Below the pieces are notes generated by a model. That model ran no database searches. It was not told where the DNA came from and worked only from the letters and a program-made list of their open reading frames with translations. Positions 8,910 to 18,223 of a stretch of DNA of 64,000 nucleotides are shown piece by piece. The stretch is from an uncultured Acidobacteriota bacterium (GTDB lineage: Bacteria > Acidobacteriota > Vicinamibacteria > Vicinamibacterales > Fen-181), in NCBI GenBank assembly GCA_963717945.1, contig CAVQXT010000003.1, positions 1,342,622 to 1,406,621 on the forward strand, given 5' to 3'. Each line of letters starts with the position of its first letter. The first letter of the stretch is position 1. The translations under genes were made by a program, and so were the position numbers.

Positions 8910-11374
8910 TTCGTCCTTGGGCCGATCCGCACGGTGAGCGCGCAGTCCACCCACTCGGTCGCGCCGTCGGGCACGGTGACGTCGACGATCCGGACGCGAC
9001 CCTCGCGCCCCGCCTCGCGGCCCCCTTCGAGTGCCAGGACGGCGAACGGCACGTCGAGCCGGACGCGATAGGTCCGGCCGCGCAGGCCCTGCAGCCGCGC
9101 GGTGAAGACGCGGCCGTCGAGCCGCGTCTCGACGACGCGCAGGCGCTGCGGCGAGTCGCCGAGCGTGAGCGGGGCCTCTTCGGGTATCAGGACGATGGCC
9201 GGCAGCGCCACCTTCGGCTGGACCACCGAGACGGCCATCGGGCCACCCGCCCGGTCGATGAAACGGCTCGAGACCGTGCCGCCAGCATCGCGACGCACTT
9301 CCAGGTCGCCGCGCCCCTCGCGCCACCGGATGTTCTTCACTCGAAGGAAGTCCCATCCGGGCGGCAGGTGCGGCGTCAGCCTGAGTTCGCGATCCCCTTC
9401 TTCGAGACCGACCAGGCCGCGCATGACGCCAGAGACGAACCCGGTCGTGGCGAACAGCTGGTGCGGCACGGCGGCGTCGACCGACCGGAGCAGGTCGCCC
9501 GAGAGCAGTTCCGGCAGGTAGCCTCGTGCCTCCAGGAACGTCAGCTCCGACAGCGCCTCGAGGTACTGCCACGCCGCGTCGGGCCGGCCGCCCTTGTAGA
9601 GCGCCAGCGCGGCCCAGCCGGTCAGGAACGGCCACGACGCGCCGTTGTTGTAGGACAGCGGCTGATAGAGCGCGCTCTCCTTCGAGAGCATTCTCGCGCC
9701 CCAGTCGGTGCCGATCCCGGCGCGCGCCAACTCGTCGAGCGTACCGTCCACCGCCGGCCGGTCCCGATCGAACACCCCGCGCCAGATGCCGAAAGCCGGC
9801 CACACGGTCTGCTCGGCCTGGGCCGTCCCGTCCTTCATCACCGCGAAAGTGATCCGCCTCCCGCCATCGTCCGGGAATCGACGGTTGAGTGAGGCGCGGG
9901 CCTTGCCGGCCGCGGCCTGCGCCGTGGCCGCGAACGACGGGTCGGCGATCCTGGCGAGGTCGGCCGTGGCCGCGGCGGCTTCGGTCCACACGCTGCCGAG
10001 GAACACGTCGGTCAGGACGTCCCGGCTGCGGAGGGTGCCGGTCTCGACGGCCGCCAGCCCCGCCTTCGTGTTGTCCATCAGGCCGTCGCCGTCCTCGTCG
10101 GTCGAGACGCAGTAGTCGTACGCCTTGCGCATCGACGGCCAGTAGTCCCTCGCGAAGCTCTCATCGCCGCTGGCGCGGACGTAGTCGCGCACGGCGACGA
10201 TGTAGAGCGGCGTCGTGTCGGCGTGGTAGTAGCCGTAGGGGTAGTCCTCGAACCAGCGGATGTAGCCGGCGCCCTGCGACAGCTCGTGCATCATCTTGCC
10301 GTCGGCGCGCTGCCGCTTGCGCAGGAACTCGAGCGACTGCCGGACGGTGTCGAGATCGCCGTACGAGGAGATCGCCCACGCGTTGATGAACGCGTCGCCG
10401 CCGAAGAACCAGCCGAAGCCAGGGCGCTCGGTCGTGCCCGACGGGCCGAGGCCGGCCATCAGGCCGCAGCCGAGTTGCGGGTTGCAGACGAAGCCCTTGT
10501 CGAGCGCGACCTTGCCCCACTCGAACGCGAGATCGAACCGCTTGTCCGGCGACTCGATGCTGGTCATCTCCTCGCGGAGCCGCCGGTAGTGCGCGAACGA
10601 CTCGCGGTAGAGCGCCTCGGGCGAGGCGAGAAGCCGGGCGTACGTCTTCTTCGCCGCGTCCAACTTCTCGACGCTGGCGGTGATGGCGATCGGCACCAGT
10701 CCCCGCGCCGCCATCTCGGGCGTGATGCGGATGGCGAATTGCGACGGCGCGTCCGGCAGGTTGTGGGCGGGTTGTTCGGGCGGCGTCAGGCCGAGCGGCG
10801 ACCCGATGAGCGCGGCGTTCTTCCCGCTGCCCTCGCCGATGACGTACGCCTTGAGCCCGTCATCCCAATAGCTGTACTGGCCGCCGAGCGCCGCCGGCCA
10901 CATCGGTTTGAGGTCGGGACGGAACGTCACGTAAATCGTCAGCGTCTCGGTCGTCCTGACGTCGAGCAGCACCAGGCCGCCGGGTTGGTCGAGCGGCACG
11001 AGCCACGTCGCGTCCACGGTGAAGGCCGCGTGCGAATAGCGCACGGTGGCGGCCTCGGGCCTGATGTCGACGATCGAAGCCAGGCTGGCATCCGGGATCG
11101 GGTCGGCGTAGGCCGCAATCCCGAACGACAGGTGGAAGTCGTGGAGGATCTTGAGCGGGTAGGCCCAGGCTTCGAAGCTGCCGTCCTCGCGCCCGAGGAA
11201 CGCCGCGCGTCGGCCCGAGGCCTCCAGGTATCGCGCCGGTCGGGTGTCGCCGCGTATCGCGATCGGGTTCGGGTCGCGGACGAACCGGGGGACGAGGCCC
11301 GCGGCCGGATCGGCCGCGCGGCAGGGGAGGGCGACCGCTGCCGCGAACATGATCGACGCGACGAGGGTCTTCAT
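8906..11374 (-). CDS. Secreted (alpha/alpha)6 six-hairpin glycosidase, glycogen-debranching (GDE_C)-like
   Basis: The 822-aa ORF has signal peptide MKTLVASIMFAAAVALPCRA. The central region (GGDAFINAWA...YHADTTPLYIVAVRDY...DGDGLMDN) resembles amylo-alpha-1,6-glucosidase-type barrels. Its stop overlaps the galM ATG (ATGA). Confidence 0.6.
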   Translation of the reverse strand: MKTLVASIMFAAAVALPCRAADPAAGLVPRFVRDPNPIAIRGDTRPARYLEASGRRAAFLGREDGSFEAWAYPLKILHDFHLSFGIAAYADPIPDASLASIVDIRPEAATVRYSHAAFTVDATWLVPLDQPGGLVLLDVRTTETLTIYVTFRPDLKPMWPAALGGQYSYWDDGLKAYVIGEGSGKNAALIGSPLGLTPPEQPAHNLPDAPSQFAIRITPEMAARGLVPIAITASVEKLDAAKKTYARLLASPEALYRESFAHYRRLREEMTSIESPDKRFDLAFEWGKVALDKGFVCNPQLGCGLMAGLGPSGTTERPGFGWFFGGDAFINAWAISSYGDLDTVRQSLEFLRKRQRADGKMMHELSQGAGYIRWFEDYPYGYYHADTTPLYIVAVRDYVRASGDESFARDYWPSMRKAYDYCVSTDEDGDGLMDNTKAGLAAVETGTLRSRDVLTDVFLGSVWTEAAAATADLARIADPSFAATAQAAAGKARASLNRRFPDDGGRRITFAVMKDGTAQAEQTVWPAFGIWRGVFDRDRPAVDGTLDELARAGIGTDWGARMLSKESALYQPLSYNNGASWPFLTGWAALALYKGGRPDAAWQYLEALSELTFLEARGYLPELLSGDLLRSVDAAVPHQLFATTGFVSGVMRGLVGLEEGDRELRLTPHLPPGWDFLRVKNIRWREGRGDLEVRRDAGGTVSSRFIDRAGGPMAVSVVQPKVALPAIVLIPEEAPLTLGDSPQRLRVVETRLDGRVFTARLQGLRGRTYRVRLDVPFAVLALEGGREAGREGRVRIVDVTVPDGATEWVDCALTVRIGPRTK

Positions 11375-11416
11375 CGCCGGTAGTATAGCCGCGACCCGTC
11401 TGTAGGTCTTTAGACC

Positions 11417-11447
11417 GGCTTACGGCTTACGGCTTTCGGCTTACGGC
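11417..11447. repeat. Heptamer tandem repeat (GGCTTAC x4)
   Basis: The sequence reads ggcttac ggcttac ggctttc ggcttac ggc. Confidence 0.8.
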
Positions 11448-11486
11448 AGACGACCACGGCATCGATAGCGCTGCCCGGGATCAGCA

Positions 11487-11512
11487 GATAGCGCAGGGCT
11501 TCAGCCCTGCGC
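11487..11512. repeat. REP family A hairpin (GATA-GCGCAGGGC-TTCA-GCCCTGCGC)
   Basis: It has a perfect 9-bp stem and a 4-nt loop, and lies immediately downstream of the HD-protein stop. Confidence 0.8.
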
Positions 11513-11518
11513 GTCAGT

Positions 11519-12247
11519 TCAATACACCGCCGGCGGCGGGTATCGCCCCGGCCTGGTCGGCGCCGGCCGCAGCTCGCGCACGGCGGTCGAGAACTGCGCC
11601 GCGGCGTCGAGCAGCGCGGCCGCCAGCGGGTCCCCGGCCGGGAGGCGCCCGGCGGCAAGCTGCGCGACCGCCGAGTAGTGCCACGCGGTCAGCGCGCCGC
11701 CGCGGAAGCGGTCCAGCACGCCCAGGCCGTCCCGGCGGACGTCCTCGAGCGTGCAGGTGATGTTGTGCAGCGTGTCGGCGGCCTTGAGCGCCGCCTCGTC
11801 GCGCGAGGCCCCCGCCAGGTGGTCGAGGCGCTCCTTCTTCCGCTCCAGCCAGTCGCGGTGCTGCTTGCCGTCGTTCTTCGACTCGCTGACCGCCATCACC
11901 AGGTCGAACACCCTCGGCCCGAACTCGTCGAACAGGAATTGCAGGAACGCGGCCCTGAACTCCCACGCGTCGGAGGGCACCACCAGCCGGCCGCGCCCGG
12001 CCGCCTCGCTCAGCCGCTCCTGCAGGTCGAGGTTGCCGTACCGGGCGTCCTCGACCGTGTCGTGGAGCAGCGCGGCGGCGACCAGGTCCTCGTCGTACCC
12101 GTGGTCCTCGAGGATCCGCGCCACCGCGACCGGGTGCTTGATGTAGGGAATCTCGGTGCCCTTGCGCACGGCGCCGGCGTGCACGATGTCCGCGATCTGG
12201 AACGCGCGGTCGAGGCGCGGCGACGGACGGGCGAACGGATCGGTCAT
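11519..12247 (-). CDS. HD-domain phosphohydrolase (SpoT/RelA-type HD fold)
   Basis: The sequence from ATG 12247 reads MTDPFARP...YIKHPVAVARIL...AALLHDTVED. It shows the H..HD..ED metal-binding signature. Confidence 0.7.
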   Translation of the reverse strand: MTDPFARPSPRLDRAFQIADIVHAGAVRKGTEIPYIKHPVAVARILEDHGYDEDLVAAALLHDTVEDARYGNLDLQERLSEAAGRGRLVVPSDAWEFRAAFLQFLFDEFGPRVFDLVMAVSESKNDGKQHRDWLERKKERLDHLAGASRDEAALKAADTLHNITCTLEDVRRDGLGVLDRFRGGALTAWHYSAVAQLAAGRLPAGDPLAAALLDAAAQFSTAVRELRPAPTRPGRYPPPAVY

Positions 12248-12282
12248 GTCAGCTCCGTACGACGAGCGGCCGTCGCGCGCCG

Positions 12283-13536
12283 CTACCTGGCTGCGATCGA
12301 CCGCCGGAAGACGACCTGGATCGTGACGTCGGCGGACCCGCGCCTGACGACGAGCGTCGCCGAGTCGCCCCAGCGCTTGTCGGCCATCAGGCGGCTGAAC
12401 GTGTCCTTCCCGGAGAGCGGCACGCCGTCGAACGACTGCAGCTCGTCGCCGACCTTGATGCCGGCCTGCGCCGCCGGCGACCCCTCCTGCACGATGATGA
12501 CGCGGCGCGCGACGTCGCCGGTGCCGACCGCCGTCGAGGTGCCCATCGACGGGTACGCCGAGTCGACCTCGTCGAGCACGCCCCAGGTGAAGTTCGCGTA
12601 CGACGCCTGCGTGTCCTTCCGCAGCACGCGGCCCTGCGAGCCGACCGGCACCGGGATGAGGCTGGTGATCTGGCCGTCGAACCACTTCCGGGCCTGCCGC
12701 TCGATCCCGAGGCCGTAGGCGACGTGGCCGCTGCCCACCAGCACGACCATGATCGCCTTCGGGTCGTTCGCCTGCTTGAGCGCCTGCACGGCGTTGAAGC
12801 CCATTGTCGCATCCCAGGTCGCCTGGGCGCTGAGCATGTTCATCCACATCTCGTCGGGCATGTCGCCGCCGTGCACCGACCCGCCCTGCTGGTCCTCGAA
12901 CGTCGTCTTGAAGAAGGTCATGTGATCGGCGCTCGAGACGTCGATGTCCTTCGGGATGTGCGCCGCCTCCTCGGGCGTGAGGTTGGCGAGCCCCTTCTTG
13001 CGCACGGCCGACACGATCTCGCGCGGCGTGTTGACGGCGAACATCGGCGCGTGGCCCTGGCGGGCGAGCCAGAAGATGTCGCGGTAATAGAGCCAGTTGT
13101 AGCCCCAGTTCTCGTACCACCGCGAGGCGCGGAGGAACTCTTCCTCGGTGACCGCGGCGTCGCGCCACTGGTCGAGGAAGCGCTGCTCGGTGTAGGGGTA
13201 CATCTCGAGGCCGATCATGACGTGCCGGCCCGAGCCGATGAGCGCGCTCAGCACGCGGTATTGCACGCCGTGGAACTCGGTGCTCGTGTGCTCCTCGCCG
13301 ATGAGCAGCAGCCGCGTGCCGGCGAGACGCGCGGCCAGCTCGCCCGGGGTGATGACCTCGCCGGTCTTCGTGTCGGTGACCCCGTCGAGCACCACCGGGG
13401 CGACGCGGTCCTTCCGAGCCGGATCCCCAATCGCGAGGTGCAGCAGCTTGTCGGCCGCCCGGGCCTGCGGGGCCGCGATACACGCGGCGGCGAGGAGCAG
13501 GCCTGACAGGCGAAGGAGGAGAGCGGGTCTCGGCAT
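12283..13536 (-). CDS. ChaN-family (haem-binding/Tiki-like) lipoprotein with a C-terminal PDZ domain
   Basis: It has a signal peptide and the motif LLLIGEEHTSTEFHGVQYRVL typical of PF04187-like proteins. The C-terminal VIIVQEGSPAAQAGIKVGDELQSFDGVPL is a PDZ signature. An alternative GTG start lies at 13551. Confidence 0.65.
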   Translation of the reverse strand: MPRPALLLRLSGLLLAAACIAAPQARAADKLLHLAIGDPARKDRVAPVVLDGVTDTKTGEVITPGELAARLAGTRLLLIGEEHTSTEFHGVQYRVLSALIGSGRHVMIGLEMYPYTEQRFLDQWRDAAVTEEEFLRASRWYENWGYNWLYYRDIFWLARQGHAPMFAVNTPREIVSAVRKKGLANLTPEEAAHIPKDIDVSSADHMTFFKTTFEDQQGGSVHGGDMPDEMWMNMLSAQATWDATMGFNAVQALKQANDPKAIMVVLVGSGHVAYGLGIERQARKWFDGQITSLIPVPVGSQGRVLRKDTQASYANFTWGVLDEVDSAYPSMGTSTAVGTGDVARRVIIVQEGSPAAQAGIKVGDELQSFDGVPLSGKDTFSRLMADKRWGDSATLVVRRGSADVTIQVVFRRSIAAR

Positions 13537-13579
13537 GGCAAATGCTACCACGGGCGGGCGTCGGCCGAGGCCTCCGCCC

Positions 13580-13611
13580 GGCTCTAGGCTCCGGGCTTCA
13601 GGCTCCGGGCC
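13580..13611. repeat. Heptamer tandem repeat (GGCTCYR x4)
   Basis: The sequence reads ggctcta ggctccg ggcttca ggctccg ggcc. Confidence 0.75.
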
Positions 13612-13632
13612 GGATCACGCTTGCATCGGTAG

Positions 13633-13652
13633 GGCAAGGCTTCAGCCTTGCC
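13633..13652. repeat. REP family A variant hairpin (GGCAAGGC-TTCA-GCCTTGCC)
   Basis: It has a perfect 8-bp stem and the same TTCA loop as the other family A copies. Confidence 0.6.
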
Positions 13653-13876
13653 TGGAGAAGAGCGTCCGGCAGGGATGAGATTCAACACACCGCGTCCGGA
13701 TGCGCGCTTGAGTCGGTCCCGACCGGGGCGTATGATGCGCGGCGGCAGTCCGCGCGGCCGCCAAGTCTATCGACCTCGGCGTGACCGACGGCCGGCTCAT
13801 GTGGCCCGTCCCTGTCGAGATGAGGTGAGCCAACCCCACCAGGCGAACGCTCCCATCGAACCCGTGAGCGGTAGTC

Positions 13877-14548
13877 ATGCACGATCTGCCCGTCTTTCGG
13901 AAGCCGGACCGATACAAGGCGAGCTCCTACCGGAGCTACAACTTCAAGATGCCCTCGTGCTACGACACGATGATCTGGACGAGGGAGGCTGAGCGCTGGA
14001 ATCGACTCCTGCTCGACCAGCTCGGGACGGAGATCGGGTCACTCGAGATCGTGGACGTCGGCTGCGCCACCGGCCGGCTCCTCGAGGCGATGGGCCGCGC
14101 CGGTGCGACGCGACTGTCGGGGATCGATCTGGCGCCGCGAATCCTGGACGTGGCGGCGGAGAGGCTGGCGAGGGCTGGCATCGCCGCGAGACTCTGTGTG
14201 GCGGACGCGGAGGACCGTCTGCCCTGGGATGACGGATCGTTCGATCTCGTGACGATGACCGCCGTGTTCCACCACTTCTTCAGGCCAGGCGACGCGCTGG
14301 TCGAGATCCGTCGCGTGCTGCGTCCCGGTGGCCGCCTGTTGCTCCTCGATCCATGCTTCTTCCCGCTCGTGCGGCAGATCTTGAACGTGGTCCTCTGGCT
14401 GGTTCCCCACGACGGAGACTGCCATTTCCATTCGCGGTCGGGTGCCGCCCGTCTTCTGGCCGGATCCGGATTCGACGTCCGGGCCGTTCGCCAAGTGGGG
14501 CTCGGCGTGTATCTCGCGGATTGCCGCAAGCCTGCCGCGCCTGTCTGA
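13877..14548 (+). CDS. Class I SAM-dependent methyltransferase
   Basis: Motif I is VDVGCATGRLL, the post-I acidic residue is GIDLA, and the sequence LRPGGRLLLLD is present. Confidence 0.75.
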   Translation: MHDLPVFRKPDRYKASSYRSYNFKMPSCYDTMIWTREAERWNRLLLDQLGTEIGSLEIVDVGCATGRLLEAMGRAGATRLSGIDLAPRILDVAAERLARAGIAARLCVADAEDRLPWDDGSFDLVTMTAVFHHFFRPGDALVEIRRVLRPGGRLLLLDPCFFPLVRQILNVVLWLVPHDGDCHFHSRSGAARLLAGSGFDVRAVRQVGLGVYLADCRKPAAPV

Positions 14549-14683
14549 GCGCCCGGAGGGCGTTCGGCGTGACACCCGGGCTGGCCGGGTGCCGAGAGCC
14601 TTGAGCCATCCCGGGCGGCACGGGCGTCCGCACGGGCGTCAGCACTTGACGCCGCCCATCGACTGAGCGACGATGCCTCGCCC

Positions 14684-15910
14684 ATGCTCGAGACGCTGCT
14701 GATCCTCGTCGTCGTGCTCCTCGTCGCCGTGCTGGCGATACTCGTCGCGCTGTGGCTGCGGCCGGCGAGCGCCAGCCTCTCCACGATCGAAACCCGCCTG
14801 TCGTCGATCCAGTCCGGCCAGTCCAGGTTCGACGGCGTCCTGCAGGCGTTCGCCACCCAGCTCGGCACCGGGTCCGATGCGACCGAGCGACGCATGGAGG
14901 CGCTCCGGAAGGCCGTCGAGGACCGCCTGACCGCGCTGCAGGCCGACAACGCCGCGAAGCTCGACCGGATGCGGGCCACGGTGGACGAGCGGCTGCAGAC
15001 GACGCTCGAGACGCGCCTGGGCGAGTCGTTCCGGGCCGTCAGCGAGCGGCTGGAGCAGGTGCATCGCGGCCTGGGCGAGATGCGGGCGCTCGCCTCCGGC
15101 GTCGGCGACCTCAAGAAGGTGCTGACCAACGTCAAGACGCGCGGCACGTGGGGCGAGGTCCAGCTCGGCTCGCTGCTCGAGCAGGTGCTCGCGCCGGGCC
15201 AGTACGAGGCCAACGTGGCGACCAGGCCGGGCAGCGCCGAGCGCGTCGAGTTCGCGATCAGGATGCCCGGACGGGAGAGCGGCGACGCCGCCGTCGTCTG
15301 GCTGCCGGTCGACGCGAAGTTCCCGCAGGAGGATTACCAGCGTCTGATCGAGGCCGCCGATCGCGGCGACGCGGAGGCCGTCGAAGTCGCCGCCCGCCAG
15401 CTCGAGGCGCGCATCAAGCTGTCGGCCCGCGACATCCACGACAAGTACCTCGACCCGCCGCACACCACCGACTTCGGCGTGCTGTTCCTGCCGACCGAGG
15501 GGCTCTACGCCGAGGTGCTGCGCCGGCCGGGCCTCGCCGACGCCATCCAGCGCGATGCCCGGGTCGTCGTCGCCGGGCCGACCACGCTCTGGGCGATCCT
15601 GAACAGCCTGCAGATGGGGTTCCGGACGCTCGCGATCGAGAAGCGGTCGAGCGAGGTGTGGGCCCTGCTCGGCACGGTCAAGACGCAGTTCGCGAAGTTC
15701 GGAGACTTGCTCGATGGCGTGCAGAAGAAACTGCAGGAGGCCTCGAACAAGATGGACGACGTCGCGAGGAAGAGCCGCACGATCCAGCGCAGGCTGCGCG
15801 ACGTGCAGGAACTGCCGGCCGGCGAGGGCGCCCCGCTCCTCGTCGCGCCGTCGGCCGCGGACGACGCGGCCGAGCCCGACGATGGCGACGAGGAGCACGA
15901 CAGGTCCTGA
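14684..15910 (+). CDS. rmuC: DNA recombination protein RmuC
   Basis: It has an N-terminal TM helix, a coiled-coil region, and the sequences TRGTWGEVQLGSLLEQVL and DFGVLFLPTEGLY...GPTTLWAILNSLQMGF. Confidence 0.9.
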   Translation: MLETLLILVVVLLVAVLAILVALWLRPASASLSTIETRLSSIQSGQSRFDGVLQAFATQLGTGSDATERRMEALRKAVEDRLTALQADNAAKLDRMRATVDERLQTTLETRLGESFRAVSERLEQVHRGLGEMRALASGVGDLKKVLTNVKTRGTWGEVQLGSLLEQVLAPGQYEANVATRPGSAERVEFAIRMPGRESGDAAVVWLPVDAKFPQEDYQRLIEAADRGDAEAVEVAARQLEARIKLSARDIHDKYLDPPHTTDFGVLFLPTEGLYAEVLRRPGLADAIQRDARVVVAGPTTLWAILNSLQMGFRTLAIEKRSSEVWALLGTVKTQFAKFGDLLDGVQKKLQEASNKMDDVARKSRTIQRRLRDVQELPAGEGAPLLVAPSAADDAAEPDDGDEEHDRS

Positions 15911-15937
15911 CGTTCAATCCGGACGGCGCCCGGTACC

Positions 15938-16007
15938 GCGCACGGCTGAAGCCGTGCGCTATCTGCCCACCATCTGCGTCGGATAGCGCAGGGCTTCAGC
16001 CCTGCGC
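15938..16007. repeat. Pair of REP family A hairpins in inverted orientation (BIME-like)
   Basis: GCGCACGGC-TGAA-GCCGTGCGC-TATC is followed by an 18-nt spacer and then GATA-GCGCAGGGC-TTCA-GCCCTGCGC. Confidence 0.85.
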
Positions 16008-16026
16008 CTCAGGTCTTGAGCCTTCT

Positions 16027-16338
16027 TTAGGAGGCGCCCGCCGCCGCGGCCGCCGCCGCCCGCCGCCGCTCGACCTCCGCGATGGCCGTCACGTCGGTGC
16101 CGGCAATCGACACCAGGCCCCAGCCGAGCCCCTTCAATTCGTTCTGCCAGCGCACGATCCCGCTTGCCGCCTCGAGGCAGTAGAGCCGTCCCCGGCTCGC
16201 CGCCAGCAGGTCGCTCCCGGCCAGGGCGACGGTCACGAAATCGGCGCCCTTGAGGCTGGTCCGCCACACTTCCTGCCCCGTTGCGCGATCGATCGCCACC
16301 GCGTACCCGCGAATCCCGATGAAGATCATGTTCTGCAT
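16027..16338 (-). CDS. Small PQQ-like beta-propeller-repeat protein (103 aa)
   Basis: The sequence MQNMIFIGIRGYAVAIDRATGQEVWRTSL...GRLYCLEAASGIVRWQ carries two PQQ/BamB-like repeat signatures. A GGAGGAG SD precedes it. It starts 17 nt after the rsgA stop. Confidence 0.55.
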   Translation of the reverse strand: MQNMIFIGIRGYAVAIDRATGQEVWRTSLKGADFVTVALAGSDLLAASRGRLYCLEAASGIVRWQNELKGLGWGLVSIAGTDVTAIAEVERRRAAAAAAAGAS

Positions 16339-16355
16339 CGCGTGCTCCTCCTCGT

Positions 16356-17426
16356 TCAGTCCTGGTCGGGCTTGAAGTGCCTCATGGTCTTGTGAATCGT
16401 CTTCCACTTCCGCTTGATCTCGATCTGCGCGAACTGGTCCTGGCGGCTGTCGAGATACTCGGCTTCCTTCCTGAGCCTGAGAAAGCTGTCGAGCCGCTCG
16501 GGCGCCAGCCGGCCCTCGGCGGCGGCCTGGCGGACGGCGCACCGCGGTTCGGTGTCGTGCCTGCAGTTGGCGAACCGGCAGCCCGAAGCCAGCGCCTCGA
16601 TGTCGGCGAATGCCGCGTCGATCGACTCTGAGGCCTGCCAGAGCTGCAGTTCGCGCATGCCCGGCGTGTCGATCACCAGCCCGCCCTGCGGCAGCAGGAT
16701 CAACTCGCGCCGCGTCGTCGTATGCCGGCCGCGCGACTTGAAGCCGCTGACCTCGGCGGTGCGCTGGACCTCCCGGCCGATCAGCCGGTTGATGAGCGTG
16801 GATTTGCCGACGCCCGAGGACCCGAGCAGCGCGACGGTCCGTCCAAATCCCAGGTACGCCGCCAGCTCATCGACGCCGAGATCCGTCTTGACGCTGGTCG
16901 CGTGCACCGGCGCCCCGGACGAGACCGCCGCCACTTCGCCCACGCGCCCGGAGAGGTTGCTCTCGAGGTCGGCCTTGGTCAGCAGCACCACGGGCTGCGC
17001 CCCGCTCTGCCACGCCGTCAGCAGGTAGCGCTCGATGCGCCGCAGGTTGAAGTCGCCGTCGAGGCCCATGACGAGGAAGACCGTGTCGACGTTCGCCGCC
17101 ACGATCTGCTCCCGCGTCACGCTCCCCGGCACCTTGCGTGAGAACCGGCTGAGGCGGGGCAGGATCGCCTCGATCGTGGCGCGAACCTCTCCGGGGCGGA
17201 TGCGCAGCGCGACCCAGTCCCCGACGGCGGGGTACTCGATGCCGGCCGCGGCCTCGTGCCGCAGCCGGCCCGACATGCGGGCCAACACTTCGCCGCCCTC
17301 TGTCAGGATTCGGTAGATGTGCTGGTGCTCGAGCGACACCCGTCCCGGGACGAGGTCGGGGCCGGCCAGGGGTGCGAAGGCCTGCGCGAATCGGGTGTTC
17401 CAGCCCAGCGTCTCAAGGCTCCGCAT
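16356..17426 (-). CDS. rsgA: Ribosome small-subunit-dependent GTPase A
   Basis: The P-loop is GSSGVGKSTLINRL, the sequence DTPG is present, and the C-terminal zinc motif is CRFANCRHDTEPRCAV. Confidence 0.9.
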   Translation of the reverse strand: MRSLETLGWNTRFAQAFAPLAGPDLVPGRVSLEHQHIYRILTEGGEVLARMSGRLRHEAAAGIEYPAVGDWVALRIRPGEVRATIEAILPRLSRFSRKVPGSVTREQIVAANVDTVFLVMGLDGDFNLRRIERYLLTAWQSGAQPVVLLTKADLESNLSGRVGEVAAVSSGAPVHATSVKTDLGVDELAAYLGFGRTVALLGSSGVGKSTLINRLIGREVQRTAEVSGFKSRGRHTTTRRELILLPQGGLVIDTPGMRELQLWQASESIDAAFADIEALASGCRFANCRHDTEPRCAVRQAAAEGRLAPERLDSFLRLRKEAEYLDSRQDQFAQIEIKRKWKTIHKTMRHFKPDQD

Positions 17427-17446
17427 GCGCTACCATTGGCGCCATT

Positions 17447-18223
17447 ATGACCCGTTCCGCACGCCTCGCCCGCCAACTTCTGCGCGAGTTCGAGGCGATG
17501 GGCAACCAGGCCAACGTGGCGGGGATGGCGCGCTACGGCATCCGTTCCGCGCGGGTGCTGGGCATCACGGCGCCCGTCATCCGCGCCCGGGCGAAGGCGC
17601 TCGGCCGCGACCACGAGCTGGCGGCGGCGCTCTGGGACACCGGGGTGCTGGAGATCCGCATCCTCGCGGCGCTCGTCGACGACCCCGCGCTCGTGACCGA
17701 CGCACAGATGGAGGCCTGGGTCCGCGAGTTCGACTCGTGGGCGCTCTGCGACGGCGCGTGCTGCGTGCTCTTCGACCGCACGCAGTTCGCGGTCCGGAAG
17801 GCGAGGGCCTGGGTCCGCCGGCGGGACGAGTACGTGCGGCGCGCCGGGTTCGTGCTGATGGCCGGTCTCGCCACGCACGACAAGACGGCGCCCGACTCCC
17901 TCTTCCAGTCGTTCCTGCCGCTCATCGAGAAGGGTTCGGCCGACGGCCGGAACTTCGTCAGGAAGGCGGTGAACTGGGCACTGCGCGGGATCGGCAAGCG
18001 GAACCTGGCCCTCAACGCCGCCGCCGTCGAGGTGTGCCGGCGGCTCGTCCTTCGAGAGGCAGCGTGCGCGCGCTGGGTCGGCAGGGACGCGCTCGCCGAG
18101 CTCACCAGCGGGAAGACGCTCGAGCGGATTCGTAACGCGCGATCGCCTCGTCCTGCGCCAGCACGTAGCCGATCTCGTCCACGCCCGCCATCAGGCACTC
18201 CCGCGCGAACGCGTCGATCGTGA
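17447..18223 (+). CDS. DNA alkylation repair protein (AlkD-like HEAT-repeat family)
   Basis: The sequences NVAGMARYGIRSARVLGITAPVIRARAK...WDTGVLEIRILAA and RNFVRKAVNWALR are characteristic. The last roughly 40 codons are an Arg/Pro-rich tail that overlaps the 3' end of leuD. Confidence 0.65.
   Translation: MTRSARLARQLLREFEAMGNQANVAGMARYGIRSARVLGITAPVIRARAKALGRDHELAAALWDTGVLEIRILAALVDDPALVTDAQMEAWVREFDSWALCDGACCVLFDRTQFAVRKARAWVRRRDEYVRRAGFVLMAGLATHDKTAPDSLFQSFLPLIEKGSADGRNFVRKAVNWALRGIGKRNLALNAAAVEVCRRLVLREAACARWVGRDALAELTSGKTLERIRNARSPRPAPARSRSRPRPPSGTPARTRRS

Noticed and set aside
7608-9989. I considered the 793-aa minus-strand ORF as a single gene.
   Set aside because: Only the segment 8154-8909 matches a real protein (the galM N-terminus). 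The rest is Arg/Pro/Gly-rich shadow reading of the glycosidase gene and of the galM C-terminal frame, as expected in high-GC DNA.
13552-13876. I examined the 325-bp gap upstream of the methyltransferase for a tRNA, sRNA or riboswitch.
   Set aside because: No cloverleaf-compatible arms or known riboswitch cores were recognised. Only a heptamer array and a REP-like hairpin could be supported. The track ORFs here (13648-13992 and others) are Arg-rich shadows.
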